This document shows, one piece after another, positions 38,212-50,384 of a DNA stretch of 64,000 bases. How positions within the stretch are numbered: position 1 is the first letter of the stretch; the number at the start of each line of letters is the position of its first letter. Made by a program: the position numbers and the translations under genes. Origin of the DNA: Octopus sinensis (Eukaryota); NCBI RefSeq assembly GCF_006345805.1, contig NC_043009.1, forward strand, positions 21,886,001 to 21,950,000. The letters are read 5' to 3'. The notes beneath the pieces are model-generated. The model saw only the letters and a list, made by a program, of their open reading frames with translations, did not search any database and was not told the origin of the DNA.

Positions 38212-41200
38212 CATCAACATCATCATCATCATCATTGTTTAGCCTCCGCTTTCCATGCTAGCATGGGTTGGACGGTTCAACTGGGATCTGGAAAGCCAGA
38301 TGGCAGCACCAGGCCCAGTCTGATCTGGCAGTGTTTCTACAGCTGGATGCCCTTCCTAACGCCAACCACTCCATGAGTGTAGTGGGTGCTTTTTACCTGC
38401 CACCAGCACAGGTGCCAGACGAGGCTGGCAAACGGCCACGATCGGATGGTGCTTTTTACGTGCCACCGACACGGAGGCCAGTCAGGGCGGCGCTGGCAAC
38501 GGCTACATTCGGATGGTTCTCTTACGTGCCACCGGCACTGGTATCACAGCTGCAATTTCCATTGATGTTGATCGATTTCGATTCTCACTTGCCTCAACAG
38601 GTCTTCACAAGTCGAGTTTTGTGTCCCAAGAAGGAAAGGTATGCATAAGTGGACTGGCTACATCCCGTGTAGAGGCCACTGGTTATGGTCTCACTTGTCC
38701 TGCCAGGTCTTCTCACGCACAGCATAATTCCAAAGGTCTCGGTCTCTAGTCATTTCCTCGGTGAGACCTAAAGTTCGAAGGTCGTGCTTCACCACCTCAT
38801 CCCAGGTTTTCCTGGGTCTACCTCTTCCACAGGTTCCCTCAACCATTAGGGTGTGGGACTTTTTTGCACAACTATCTTCATCCATTCTCGCCACATGACC
38901 ATACCAGTACAAACGTCTCTTTTGCACACCACAACTGATGCTTCTTAGGTCCAACTTTTCTCTCAAGGTACTTACACTCTGTTGAGTATAAACACTGACA
39001 TTACACATCCATCGGAGCATACTGGCTTCATTTCTTGCGAGCTTACCCATATCCTCAGCAGTCACGGCCCATGTTTCACTGCCATGTAGCATGGCTGTTC
39101 GTACACATGTATCATACAGTCTGCCTTTTACTCTGAGCGAGAGGCCTTTTGTCACCAGCAGAGGTAAGAGCTCTCTGAACTTTGCCCAAGCTATTCTTAC
39201 TCTAGCAGTTACACTTTCAGCACACCCGCCCCCGCTACTGACTTGGTCACCTAGATAACGGAAGCTATCAACTATTTCTAGTTTTTCTCCCTGGAATGTG
39301 GCGGAAGTTGGTCTCTGCGCATTTTCAGTGTTTATTGCTCCTGAGCATCTGCCACATACAAAAGCTATCTTCCTAGTTAGCCTTCCTTCGACATTGCTGC
39401 ACCTCTTATGTGTCCATAGCTTACACTTAGTGCATCTTATAGAGTTTCTACCTACGCCTTTTCTGCAGATCGAGCAGGGCCATCTACCTGAATGCGTTTG
39501 TGATTTGTCTACCTTCCTACTTATTAGGACTTTGGTTTTAGCTAGGTTGACTCTAAGGCCCTTCGATTCTTATCCTTGCTTCCACACCTGAAACTTCTCC
39601 AGTTCTGATAGTGACTCTGCAATTAGAGCAAGGTCATCAGCATAGAGGATCTCCCAGGGGCATCCTGTCTTGAATTCCTCCGTTATTGCCTGGAGGACTA
39701 TGATAAATAGGAGGGGGCTGAGGACTGAACCTTGGTGGACCCCAACCTCTACCCGGAATTTTTCACTGTACTCATTGCCAACCATCACCTTACTAGCAGC
39801 GTCCCTGTACATGGCTCGCAGAGCTCTCACTAACCATTCATCTATCCCTAGTTTCCTCATTGACCACCAGATAAGGGATCGGGGGACCCTGTCGAAGGCT
39901 TTCTCCATGTCAATGAAAGCCAGGTACAGGGTCTTATCTTTGGCTAGATATTTCTCCTGCAGCTGTCTTACCAGGAATATAGCATCAGTGGTACTTTTCC
40001 CTGGCACGAACCCAAACTGCATCTCATCTAAACTAACTCTCTCTCTAATTAGTTGGGCTATGACCCTCTCCGTAACCTTCATTACCTGATCCACAACATG
40101 ATACCTCTGTAAGTATTTGTATCTAGGGCGTCACCTTTACCTTTGTAGCAGTTGACTATTATGCTGCTACACCAGTCATTGGCTATGACTCCTTCGTGTA
40201 TCACCTGGTTAACTATACGGGTGACTAGGCTATAGCCAACACTACCAGATATTTTGAGCATCTCTGCAGTGATTCCTGATAGGCCTGGGGCTTTCCCTGT
40301 CTCCATGCTTTCTAATTGCCTTAACTACCAAGGAACTGTCAACTCGGATAGCTGGTCCCTCTGTTGGGTCGACATTCGGCAGACTCTTTATCCCATTCAT
40401 TTTCTTTATTCAGCAACCTTTCAGAGTTGCGTCTCCAAACCTCTCTCTTTGCTTCCTCATTTAGCGCAAGTGTACCATCCATGCGAACACATTTCTCTCC
40501 TACCACATCATGATTCTCTCTCACACACTGTTTTGCAACACGAAATACCTCAAGTCTTTGGTCCTCACAGCGTAGAACATTGGCAAATTTTTTCTTATTT
40601 CCTTCCCCTCTAGCTAAACAAACCCGTCTTGTAGCTTCTCTTTTGGCAGTCTGATACAATTTCCTGCTACCACCATCTTTTCTCTAATAGCCCTGTCTAC
40701 AACATTGCTCCACCACCACATTATTTTGGGTCGAGAGGGGACTTTGCACCACCCACAGATCTGGTCAGTGGCTCTCAGCAGGTTGTCCTGTAGAAACCTC
40801 CAGTTGTCTTCTACACTATGTGAATCTATATCCTCATCTATTTCGTCAAAGGCTTCGAGTAATATGTTTCTAAATCTCTGTCCATTCGCAGGATCTTTAA
40901 GCTTCCAGACCCTTCTTTTCCATGTTGGTTGTCTTCTGGGCGACCACTTAGTCCTGATCCTAAAGTCACTAAATACTAGTCTATGTTGTGGGGTACATTC
41001 TTCACCTGGGAAGGTTTTGGCATTTATAAGCAGCCATCTTTCCCTTTTTCTGGCAAGGATGTAGTCAATCTGGCTAGTATGTCGGCCTGATTGGTAGGTG
41101 ACTAGGTGACTGGTAGGTTTCCTGAAGTTAGTATTGCAAGCCATAAGTTCATTTGCATCGCAGAACTCCAGCGTCCTGGTTCCCTCCTCGTTGCGGGAAC

Positions 41201-41743
41201 CATAGCCGTAGCCTCCATGTACGCCATGGAAGCCCCCTGTATGCTGACCAACATGTCCATTGAAGTCATCAGCCACAAAAAGAAGGTCCCTGTCGTTCGT
41301 CAATGAGGTAGTCTCCAGTAGGGTGTCATAGAATCGGTCTTTCTGTCCATCGGGTAGCCCCGGCTGAGGGGCATAGGCCGATATAATGGTTGCTAACCCA
41401 TGGTGAAGCATTAATCTAATCTTAAGTATTCTGTCGCATACTCTGACTACCTCAATTACCTTATCTACCAATTTTTCAGCGAGAAGTATACCCACGCCCC
41501 CGACCCCGTCAGTGTTCCCTGCCCAGAAAATCTTGTACCTGCGTTCTTTGCCTGTGAGGAACCTAGCAGAACCTCCTCTCCACCTTACTTCTTGGATGCA
41601 GCATATATCAACACATCTCCGTTCAAGCATCTCAACAATCTCACTAGACCTACCTTTCAGTGGGCCAACGTTGAGAGTGCCAACCCTGAGGGTGTGGGAG
41701 GTATGGGTCCAAAAAATAATTTTGTCAATCTACTTCATTCTGG
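38212..41743 (-). mobile_element. RTE-clade LINE, near full-length ORF, degenerate
   Basis: APE (LRVGTLNVG, CIQEVRW, DDFNGHVG, QIDYIL, QHRLV), RT (QFGFVPGKST, VHQGSVLSP, LYADDL), ~470-nt 3' UTR and (GAT)n tail; several frameshifts. Confidence 0.92.
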
Positions 41744-42469
41744 TTAATATATAAAGGATTGAGGTAACTCCTCCAGAAGATATAGAGTCAAAATTATTAT
41801 TGTTGTTGTTGTTATTAATATTATTATTGATCTGGCAGAATCGTTAACATGCCGGGCGAAATGCTTTGCGGTATTTTGTCTGCCGTTAATCAACTTAATC
41901 CGTTTGTCTGTCCTTGTTTGTCTTTTCTGTGTTTATCCCCTTGTGGGTAGTAAAGAAATAGGTATTTCATCAATCACTACGTTCTGAGTTCAAATTCTGC
42001 TGAGGTTGACTTTGCCTTTCATCCTTTTGGGGTCGATTAAATAAGTACCAGTTGCGCACTGGGGTCGATATAATCAACTTAATCCATTTGTCTGTCCTTG
42101 TTTGTCCTCTCTGTGTTTATCCCCTTGTGGGTAGTAAAGAAATAGGTATTTCATCAATCACTACGTTCTGAGTTTAAATTCTGCTGAGGTTGACTTTGCC
42201 TTTCATCCTTGGGAGGGGGGTCGATAAACTAAGTACCAATTGCATACTGGGGTCGACCTAATCGACTGGCCCTCTCCCCCAAATTTCATGCCTTGTGCCA
42301 TTAGTAGAAAGAATTATTATTACTACTTTACAACACTCCTTCCTCACAAGCTGACCTTTATGGCCCCTTTGAATGCCAGCTTTCTCTCAAACTACCTTTG
42401 CAAAATGTGAATAGTTTTTCTCATTACCTCCATTATTACTGTGTAACCTAATCAACTGCCGACTCGAAT

Positions 42470-42870
42470 CTTCTTTCTCGTCCTCTCTCTCTCCCTCCCT
42501 CTTCCTTTATCTTCTCCCGTTCTCCCCTTTCTCTTTTCATCTTTCTTTCTCTCTCTCTCTTTCTCTCCTTTTCCTTCTTTTTCTCCCTCTTCCTTTATTT
42601 CTTTCTCCCTCTCTCTCTCTCTACCTTTTCTCTTTCGCTTCCTCCTTCCTCATTCCTTTCCTTCTCTCTTCCTATATTCCTCTTTCTCCCCTCTGTCCCC
42701 CTTTCTGTCTTTCTCCCCGTCTCTCATGCTCCCTCCCTCTCTTTTTCTCTCTTTCCCCTTCCCTCTCTCCTCTGCTTCTCTTATATATATCTCTCTCTCT
42801 CTTTTTCTTTCTCACTCTCTTTTCCCACTCTCCCATATCTCTCTCACTCACTCTCCCACCATCCTCCACC
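42470..42870. repeat. Polypyrimidine (CT/CTT) tract, followed by a (CA)n-rich tract to ~43095
   Basis: Read directly. Confidence 0.9.
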
Positions 42871-44280
42871 AAATAAGATGCTTCTTGATAGAAATCGATA
42901 GTTCAACCACAATCACATGGCAGCCTCTGCAATGTTGAATATTTGTCTTGTTCATGTTTCACACACGCACACCCACACGAACACACATGCACTCATACAC
43001 ACACTCACACACACACACACACTCATATACACACACATGCAAACACACACACACACACACATGCAAACACACGCACACATGCACACTCACACACAAACTT
43101 AGTTTTGAAAAGCTGCCCCATTGTTACAAAACCAAAGTAAATCAAACTCATACAACCAGATGCAGTGTTAGAAATGCATGGAGCTCTTTTACTCTTTTAT
43201 TCTTTTACTGGTTTCGGTCATTTGACTGGGGCCATGCTGGAGCACCGACTTTAGTTGAACAAATCGACCTCAGGACTCATTCTTTGTAAGCCTAGTGCTT
43301 ATCTTATCAGTCCCTATTGCTGAACCACTAGGTTGCGAGGGCATAAACACACCAGCATTGGTTGTCAAGCGATGATGGGAGGACAACACACACACACACA
43401 TATATATAAATACGACAGGCTTTTTTCTGTTTCCGTCTACTAAATCCACTCACAAGGCTTTGGTAGGCCCAAGGCTATAATAGAAAACACTTGCAGGTGC
43501 TTTTCATGTGGCACTGGTATCATTTGTGTGTGTACATACACACACATGCATATATTAAATTTTGTAATTTATTCGTAATTTCTTGCAATAAAGAAAATAT
43601 TCTGTAAATATGTGGATATGTGCAATTTCTCACCAATCTCCATTCTGTAAATAATATAAATTTTGATATTACAAACCTGAAAATACAATTCAAAATCTGA
43701 ATGGAAAATTTTAATTAATTTAATCATTTATTTATCATAAATTGTTTTACAATTTGCTTTTATTCTCATGGATAAGAGATTTCTGAAATTAATACATTTT
43801 TATATAAATTGTTAGTGCATATAATGTCACAGTCAGATGCTTTAGGTTTTTTTTTTTGCTTTGTTTTGTATTTTTTCCTGTTTTCTAAAAAGCAATCTCT
43901 GAACTATGAAGAGGTAATTACTCTGACTTTTCTTCTATAATGGACAGCAGCAAATAGAATAATTACGATATGCAGCCCAGATAACATCTACCTTAAACGT
44001 GAAATAAATGTTCCACTTAGCAAGCTGGAAAACTGAAACAAGCAGAGTTAAATCCCTTGCGTGATGGAAGCACAACAGAATTGCTGTAACTAGGTTTGAA
44101 TCAAGGATGTCCATGATATCAAATCAACAAGCATTTTACCTGTGGAACAAATTGTTTCAGCAGATTAGATTGATTCAAGCAGTGTAATATGCTAATCACC
44201 ATGTAACTATTGGTGTCTTTACTAACTTCAGTACATATCTATACACATATCTGTACTAATCTCTCTCCCTTCATATACAT

Positions 44281-44335
<55 letters not shown>

Positions 44336-44518
44336 AGTAGTTTCACACCTACAAAGCGCTTAGCAGTATAGGCAACTCATCAAACTCAAATAGCCAGTTG
44401 CAGAGAGGTTGTGTCTTTGGCCACATGAGTCACCTATATTGCTAACCACTTTATGGGTGTTAAACCAATGGTCACTCTCTGACCACCCATAACTTTTAAC
44501 TTACTACTAATGTGTGTG

Positions 44519-44560
<42 letters not shown>

Positions 44561-44686
44561 CACATACATATATATACCCACACTTTGACTAGAGATTGTG
44601 TTAACCTCATGAAGGGATGGTTTCATCCAATGAAATACTGGTTGAATACCTAATATTTTTGAGGAATCAATTTCTTTAACCATAAT

Positions 44687-44732
<46 letters not shown>

Positions 44733-44897
44733 ACATATAGAAGAAGAAAAAGAAAATGGAGATTGGGAACTTAATAATTGTTTATTATTAACAACAAATC
44801 AATCATCATCCCTTACAGCTGTTTCAATTAATACTTAGTGAATCTAATTAGGATTCACTAAAAGGAAAGAAAATATACCCTTGGACGTTTTATATAT

Positions 44898-44950
<53 letters not shown>

Positions 44951-44951
<1 letters not shown>

Positions 44952-45336
44952 TAGCAGTATCGCCCGGCGTTGCTCAGGTTTGTAAGGGAAATAACTATAA
45001 AACATTTTTAGAGAGTTATAGCCAAAAAATAGCAAAAAAATGGAAGAAAAATGATGGTAAATTTTTTTTTGAGAGTAAAAAAAGGTTGAGTTGCGTCCCC
45101 TAGACAGTCTGTGGTTTGTTTTTTTTTATCTCGACCCCATGTCGAATTTATCGATTTTTTTCAGAACTGGGGGAACTTTTCAAAATTTTCGCTGCGTTAG
45201 TTTTGAATTATGACATTGGGCTATGTGTGTGTCAAGTTTCATCAGAATCGGTTGAAAGCCGTGGTCAGGGTGAGGGTACGAGAAAACAGACACACAGAAA
45301 CACGCACAGACAAACTGCCGTTTATATAGAGAGAGA
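44951..45336 (-). mobile_element. Non-autonomous Helitron sharing its 3' end with 13893-14911
   Basis: ctagcagtatcgcccggcgttgctc at 44951 is the reverse complement of the hairpin+CTAG end; 5' TC at 45336; different internal sequence. Confidence 0.75.
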
Positions 45337-45347
45337 TATATATAGGG

Positions 45348-45530
45348 AGAGTTTATGAAAAAACAAAAGACGAAGACAGGTGGTGTACAAAACAAACAGA
45401 TGTATTAGTATAACGCTCAGGAATAGAAAAAGTCTTTTACGTTTCGAGCCTACGCTCTTCTATAGAAAGGGACACAGAAAAAACAAGGAGAGAAAAAAAT
45501 GTGTGTAGTGGCTAACCATCTATCATGGCG
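45348..45530 (-). mobile_element. Penelope-like terminal-repeat fragment with a degenerate hammerhead-like motif
   Basis: Minus strand CTTT-CTATAGA-A-GAGC(GTAG)GCTC-GAAAC-GTA-AAAG at 45469-45434; the same family start recurs near 49104. Confidence 0.5.
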
Positions 45531-47514
45531 ACTATATATATATATGTATGTATATGTACATGTATATGCTACTATCCATTAATATGAAACAACGAGCTTA
45601 TTGTATACAGTGCCCAGGTGCACTACAACTTGTCGGAAAAGGGATAGACAGCAGTACCAAGTCAAATAAAAACAGCAATGACAGCCAAAAGCACGTGCTC
45701 AGTGCATGGAATAACAACACAAAATAGAAGAGTGAACAGTAAAAGGGTCATAATGAGGAAAGGGTACCCAGGCATTTCAGGAGTAACATTGTGAATTTCA
45801 GAAAGCATAGAATTTTTAAAGGATGCAGTGTCCTGACACCTGGCAACTGATACAGGTATTTTTTTTTCCGTACTTTGATCATTCAGAGCATGACTAAAAA
45901 AAAATGTTTTCAAAAGTCATGAGTTAGTTCTGAGCTGTTTTTTTTTTTTGGTTTTGATTTTGTAAGTGTGTCCATGGGTAGCAGAGATATTGAATTCAAA
46001 AAAAGTGGCCAAAGTTGTTATAAAGACAGTGGATCTTGCAAACTTTTACCCACAAGTCAGCTGCTAAACTAATCTCTACACCTCATAATGATCATCATTT
46101 AACATCGCATGTTCCATGCTGACCTGAACTGGACATTGTGACATAATGCTTCACTGTCAGTTTTGGCATGATTCCAACAGCTGGGTGCTTTTCTTAATGC
46201 CAACTAATTTACAGCATCTACTGAGTGTTTTGTTTTATTCATGCCATTGGCACTATTGATCTTACCGTGTAGCTTGCAAGACTACAAACCCTGTGTAGGC
46301 AACTATAATCTAGGAGACAAGGAGTAGAGAGAAGTAAAGAGAGAGAGGAAAGAACCAAAGCAAAATAGGTTTCTTGCAGTAGAGGTGCAACATGACTAAG
46401 CACATTTTAGAAAAGAAGCCAAGAGCAATCAGGTAGAGCTGGAAAGAGATAAAAATGGTAGTGTTGGGTGAACCTTCATGGTACAAGGTGGATAATTAAT
46501 TTTGATATCTATATTGGTCTCAAATTTTGGCACAAGGCCAGTACTTTCAGGAGATGGGGAAAAGTCAATTACATCAACTCCAGTACTCAACTGGTACTTA
46601 TTTTATCGACCCTGAGAGGACGAAAGGCAAAGTCAACCTCGGTGGGATTTGAACTCAGAACATAAAGTCAGAAGAAATGCTGCTACACATTAGACCCAGC
46701 AACGATAAATATTGAGAGAAGGATTGAAAGAACAAAGAATACAAAGGGGCCGATCAGACAGGTTGAGATGGGGAGTGTGGGAGATATACATTAGGATACA
46801 TCGATATATACATACACACAGACAGATAGTGGCCCATCAGCTCACTGCTTTATATCTCAATATCTATATTAATATCCATAAATATATCTATACTAAACTC
46901 TATACATATCTAACCTAATATATCTATAGCTAACGTTATCAGAGTCTAAAACATCAGAGAGTTCTCTCCCCACAGTAAATATGATATACAATAATATAAG
47001 TCATACAATTGTTGCTTATACTGCTGACTCTTGGCTGATAAAGATCACCATTAGCATCTTCTAATTTTAATGATTGTATCCAACTAATTATTGTACATGG
47101 AATGTACAATAATTGTCCTGTATGTGTTCTGTTCTAAGGAATATTATTGATTTTGTAAATCTTTGTGTGCATAGAAAAAAACAAATGTTCATCCTAATTT
47201 GGATTCGTAGATAATGATCTGAATAATTGGGTTAATTTGGGTGTCTTTTTAATTTAAATGCTCTGGAAGACAGTTCTCTGGGAGAAGAGGAGATATTGTG
47301 AAGAAAAGAAAGAGGAGAGATTTTGTGGAAACTTAAGACAGAGAAAGAAGAAAGGAAGAGATATAGATATATGTGTTATGAGGATACATATATATATACA
47401 TGTGTGTGTGTGTACACACATATGTGTGTGTGTGTAGAAATATATGTATATATAGATATGTGTTAATATATATATAAATGTTTGTGTATATATATGTATG
47501 TATATGTATATGTA

Positions 47515-47561
<47 letters not shown>

Positions 47562-48007
47562 AAGTATACATATGTAAGTGCATGCATGTATATACACACA
47601 CACATGTAAATATCGAACAAAGAAAATGAGTGTTCAATACCACATTGGTGGATAATGATTCTTTATTTGTGTATTAAGGCTGCCATTGGTTTCATGTTAA
47701 GAAATATCTCAACCATTATTCAAGCCAGTTTCATAGAAATATTGGTGATTGTCTTTATTTCTGATCCAAAATGGAGACAAAGATCAATTTTCTGTGATTG
47801 GCTTGAATAATGGTTGGGGTATTTTCTCAACATGAAATCAACAGTAGCTTTTATACACAAATAAAATATATATGTGTACACACACACACACACACACATG
47901 CACACACATACACACACACATAATATTTTATCTTTAATCAGCAGAATTTACAAAGTGACTCTAGGACCAGAGTCACTGTGTAACTTCCATCAATCAAAAA
48001 TAGAAAA

Positions 48008-48722
48008 TCTTTATATATATAAAACTGAGAATGTGTGTCTGATTGTCTGTCTGTGTGTTACCCTAAAACTTGAGAAATACACAACCAATTTCATTCAAAT
48101 TTTACACATGCCTTACTTAGGGTCCATGTAGTTTCATGGGCAATAAAAATGTTCAACTTCTTGCCTACAGCGAGCCCATAGCAATATCATATCTTCTCCA
48201 CTATTTCAGTATTACATGTTAAAAGTGAAACAAAAATATTTCTCTATTTTATGTCAGATGCTTTCACTTTAACAATAAAAATAATAATAACAATTGAATT
48301 ATATGTAGTAAGTAATAATTAAAATCAAACTAAAGTATAATATAAGTAAAAATAGCAATTGGTATAAAATTGCATCAATGATTTGAACTTGAATAAGTGG
48401 TTTCACATGAATGGGAATTAAATCAAAAATAAAATTAGCGTGCAGAAATGGAATAGTCCAGATGGATAATAAAAAATTAAATTAAAGAAAAGACTATTGT
48501 CTATAAAGTATACAATGTAGAGAAAAAAGAAGAGCTAACAATTCCAGTCTGTTATATATTTTGAGTATTGTTATCACTAGCGATATCAAGATATAACTTT
48601 GTATTTTGCATTTTATGTGTAGATGTATATATATAGATGTACATGTAATATGTACACATATATATACACATATATACATGCACTAGCACTATGACCCGGC
48701 AACGACGGGTCTTTAATGCTAG
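48008..48722 (+). mobile_element. Non-autonomous Helitron, second family
   Basis: 5' TCTTTATATATATAAAACTG; 3' hairpin gacccggcaacgacgggtc followed by tttaatgCTAG|t. Confidence 0.7.
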
Positions 48723-48897
48723 TATATATATAATCATGTTTTGAGCTCTATTTATCCTGTTTGTATTACGAAACACCTATGTGTGTGTATATATATACAC
48801 ACACATACATACATTCATATATGCACACACACATATATATATATATATATGCTTGTGTGTGTGTGTGTGTGTATGTGTGTGTATATATATATATATA

Positions 48898-48947
<50 letters not shown>

Positions 48948-49059
48948 TACATATATATATATATACATACATATATATATAAGGACCTTTTTTCATACCG
49001 AATTCTATTTGGTGAAATTATTAATTTCTTCTTAATTAATTAATTTTACCCTTTATTAT

Positions 49060-49103
<44 letters not shown>

Positions 49104-49401
49104 CGGGAAGCTTTATGAAAATAGACAAAAGACGAAGGCAGGTTTATACATACATATATAAATATGTATAGCATCAAACAAATGTACTATGTAGTGTGAA
49201 ACTAAGAAAACAGTGAAGGAGAGAGATAAAGTGAGAGGGAGTGAGTGAAAGAGAGATAGAGAGAGGAAGAACCAAACTGATAGATAGATAGATAGATAGA
49301 GAGACAGATGTGAATATAAAAATGCAAGTAAAACTGGGTTATATATCATCTTCTAATGAATAAGCATCTGTAGCCAATTGATCAGGAAAGGTTCAAAGTA
49401 T

Positions 49402-49544
49402 TTAGGGTCCACATGAGGCACAGCAACGAGATTTGATGACTGGGTTGTTGCATTCCTTGTTCGTATAGACACGGATGAACTGTTCACAGTTCAAACTTCC
49501 ATATGGACTGTTGAAGACTACTGCATGGTCTCCATAAGCACAAC
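49402..49544 (-). CDS. Terminal coding exon of a Cys-rich repeat protein (PLAC-like repeats; possibly an ADAMTS-like secreted metalloprotease)
   Basis: ccctttgtcttacag| acceptor, phase 1; (G)CAYGDHAVVFNSPYGSLNCEQFIRVYTNKECNNPVIKSRCCASCGP*; not in the ORF track. Confidence 0.85.
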
Positions 49545-49885
49545 CTGTAAGACAAAGGGAGATAATTTGTTTGTACTATTCTAGAAATATTTGATTAAAA
49601 AAAACTTATCTGATTTTGTCATCTGTGTTTGGTTTTATTATTTATCTCTTATATTTTACTAGCATCACTCATTGGACTGCGTCCATGCTGGGGCATTGCT
49701 TTGAGAGTTTAGTTAAACAAATTAACTTTATGGCCCCAGTACAAATTTTTAAAGTCTGTTATATATTTTACCTGTCTGTTTTGCTAAGCTGCAAAATTAT
49801 GAAGATTTAAACAAATGAACATTGGTTGTCAAGTGGAGTGTGTGTGTGTGGATGAACACAAATGCATAGGTACGTCACACATACA

Positions 49886-49958
<73 letters not shown>

Positions 49959-50384
49959 GTCTATCTATCTATCTATATATATATATCATCATTGTTGTCG
50001 TTGTTCAACGTTCGCTTTCCATGCTAGCATGGGTTGGACGATTTGAGTGAGGACTGGCAAACCAGATAGCTACACTAGGCTCCAGTCTGATCTGGCAGTG
50101 TTTCTACAGCTGGATGCCCTTCCTAACGGCAACAACTCCGGGAGTGAAGTGAGTGCTTTTACGTGCCACCAGCACAGGGGCCAGTCAGGTGGTACTGGCA
50201 ACGACCTCACTTGAATCTTTTCACACATGCCACCAGCACAGAAGCCAGTTAGCCGTTCTGGCAATGATCACGCTCGGATGGTGCTCTTAGCACTCTACTA
50301 GTGCAGGGCTCATGTGCCAATATATATATATATATATATATAACTACCTATCTATCTCAATAAGTAGATCCATCCATCCATCCA

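Noticed and set aside
38035-38235. N-terminal MMMM...IIII extension of the 926-aa ORF
   Set aside because: This is read-through across (TAA)n and (GAT)n microsatellites and flanking DNA, not part of the Dong protein.
45662-45913. Hydrophobic ORF resembling a signal peptide (MPGYPFLIMTLLLFTLLFCVVIP)
   Set aside because: No convincing donor, no downstream exons and no homology recognised.
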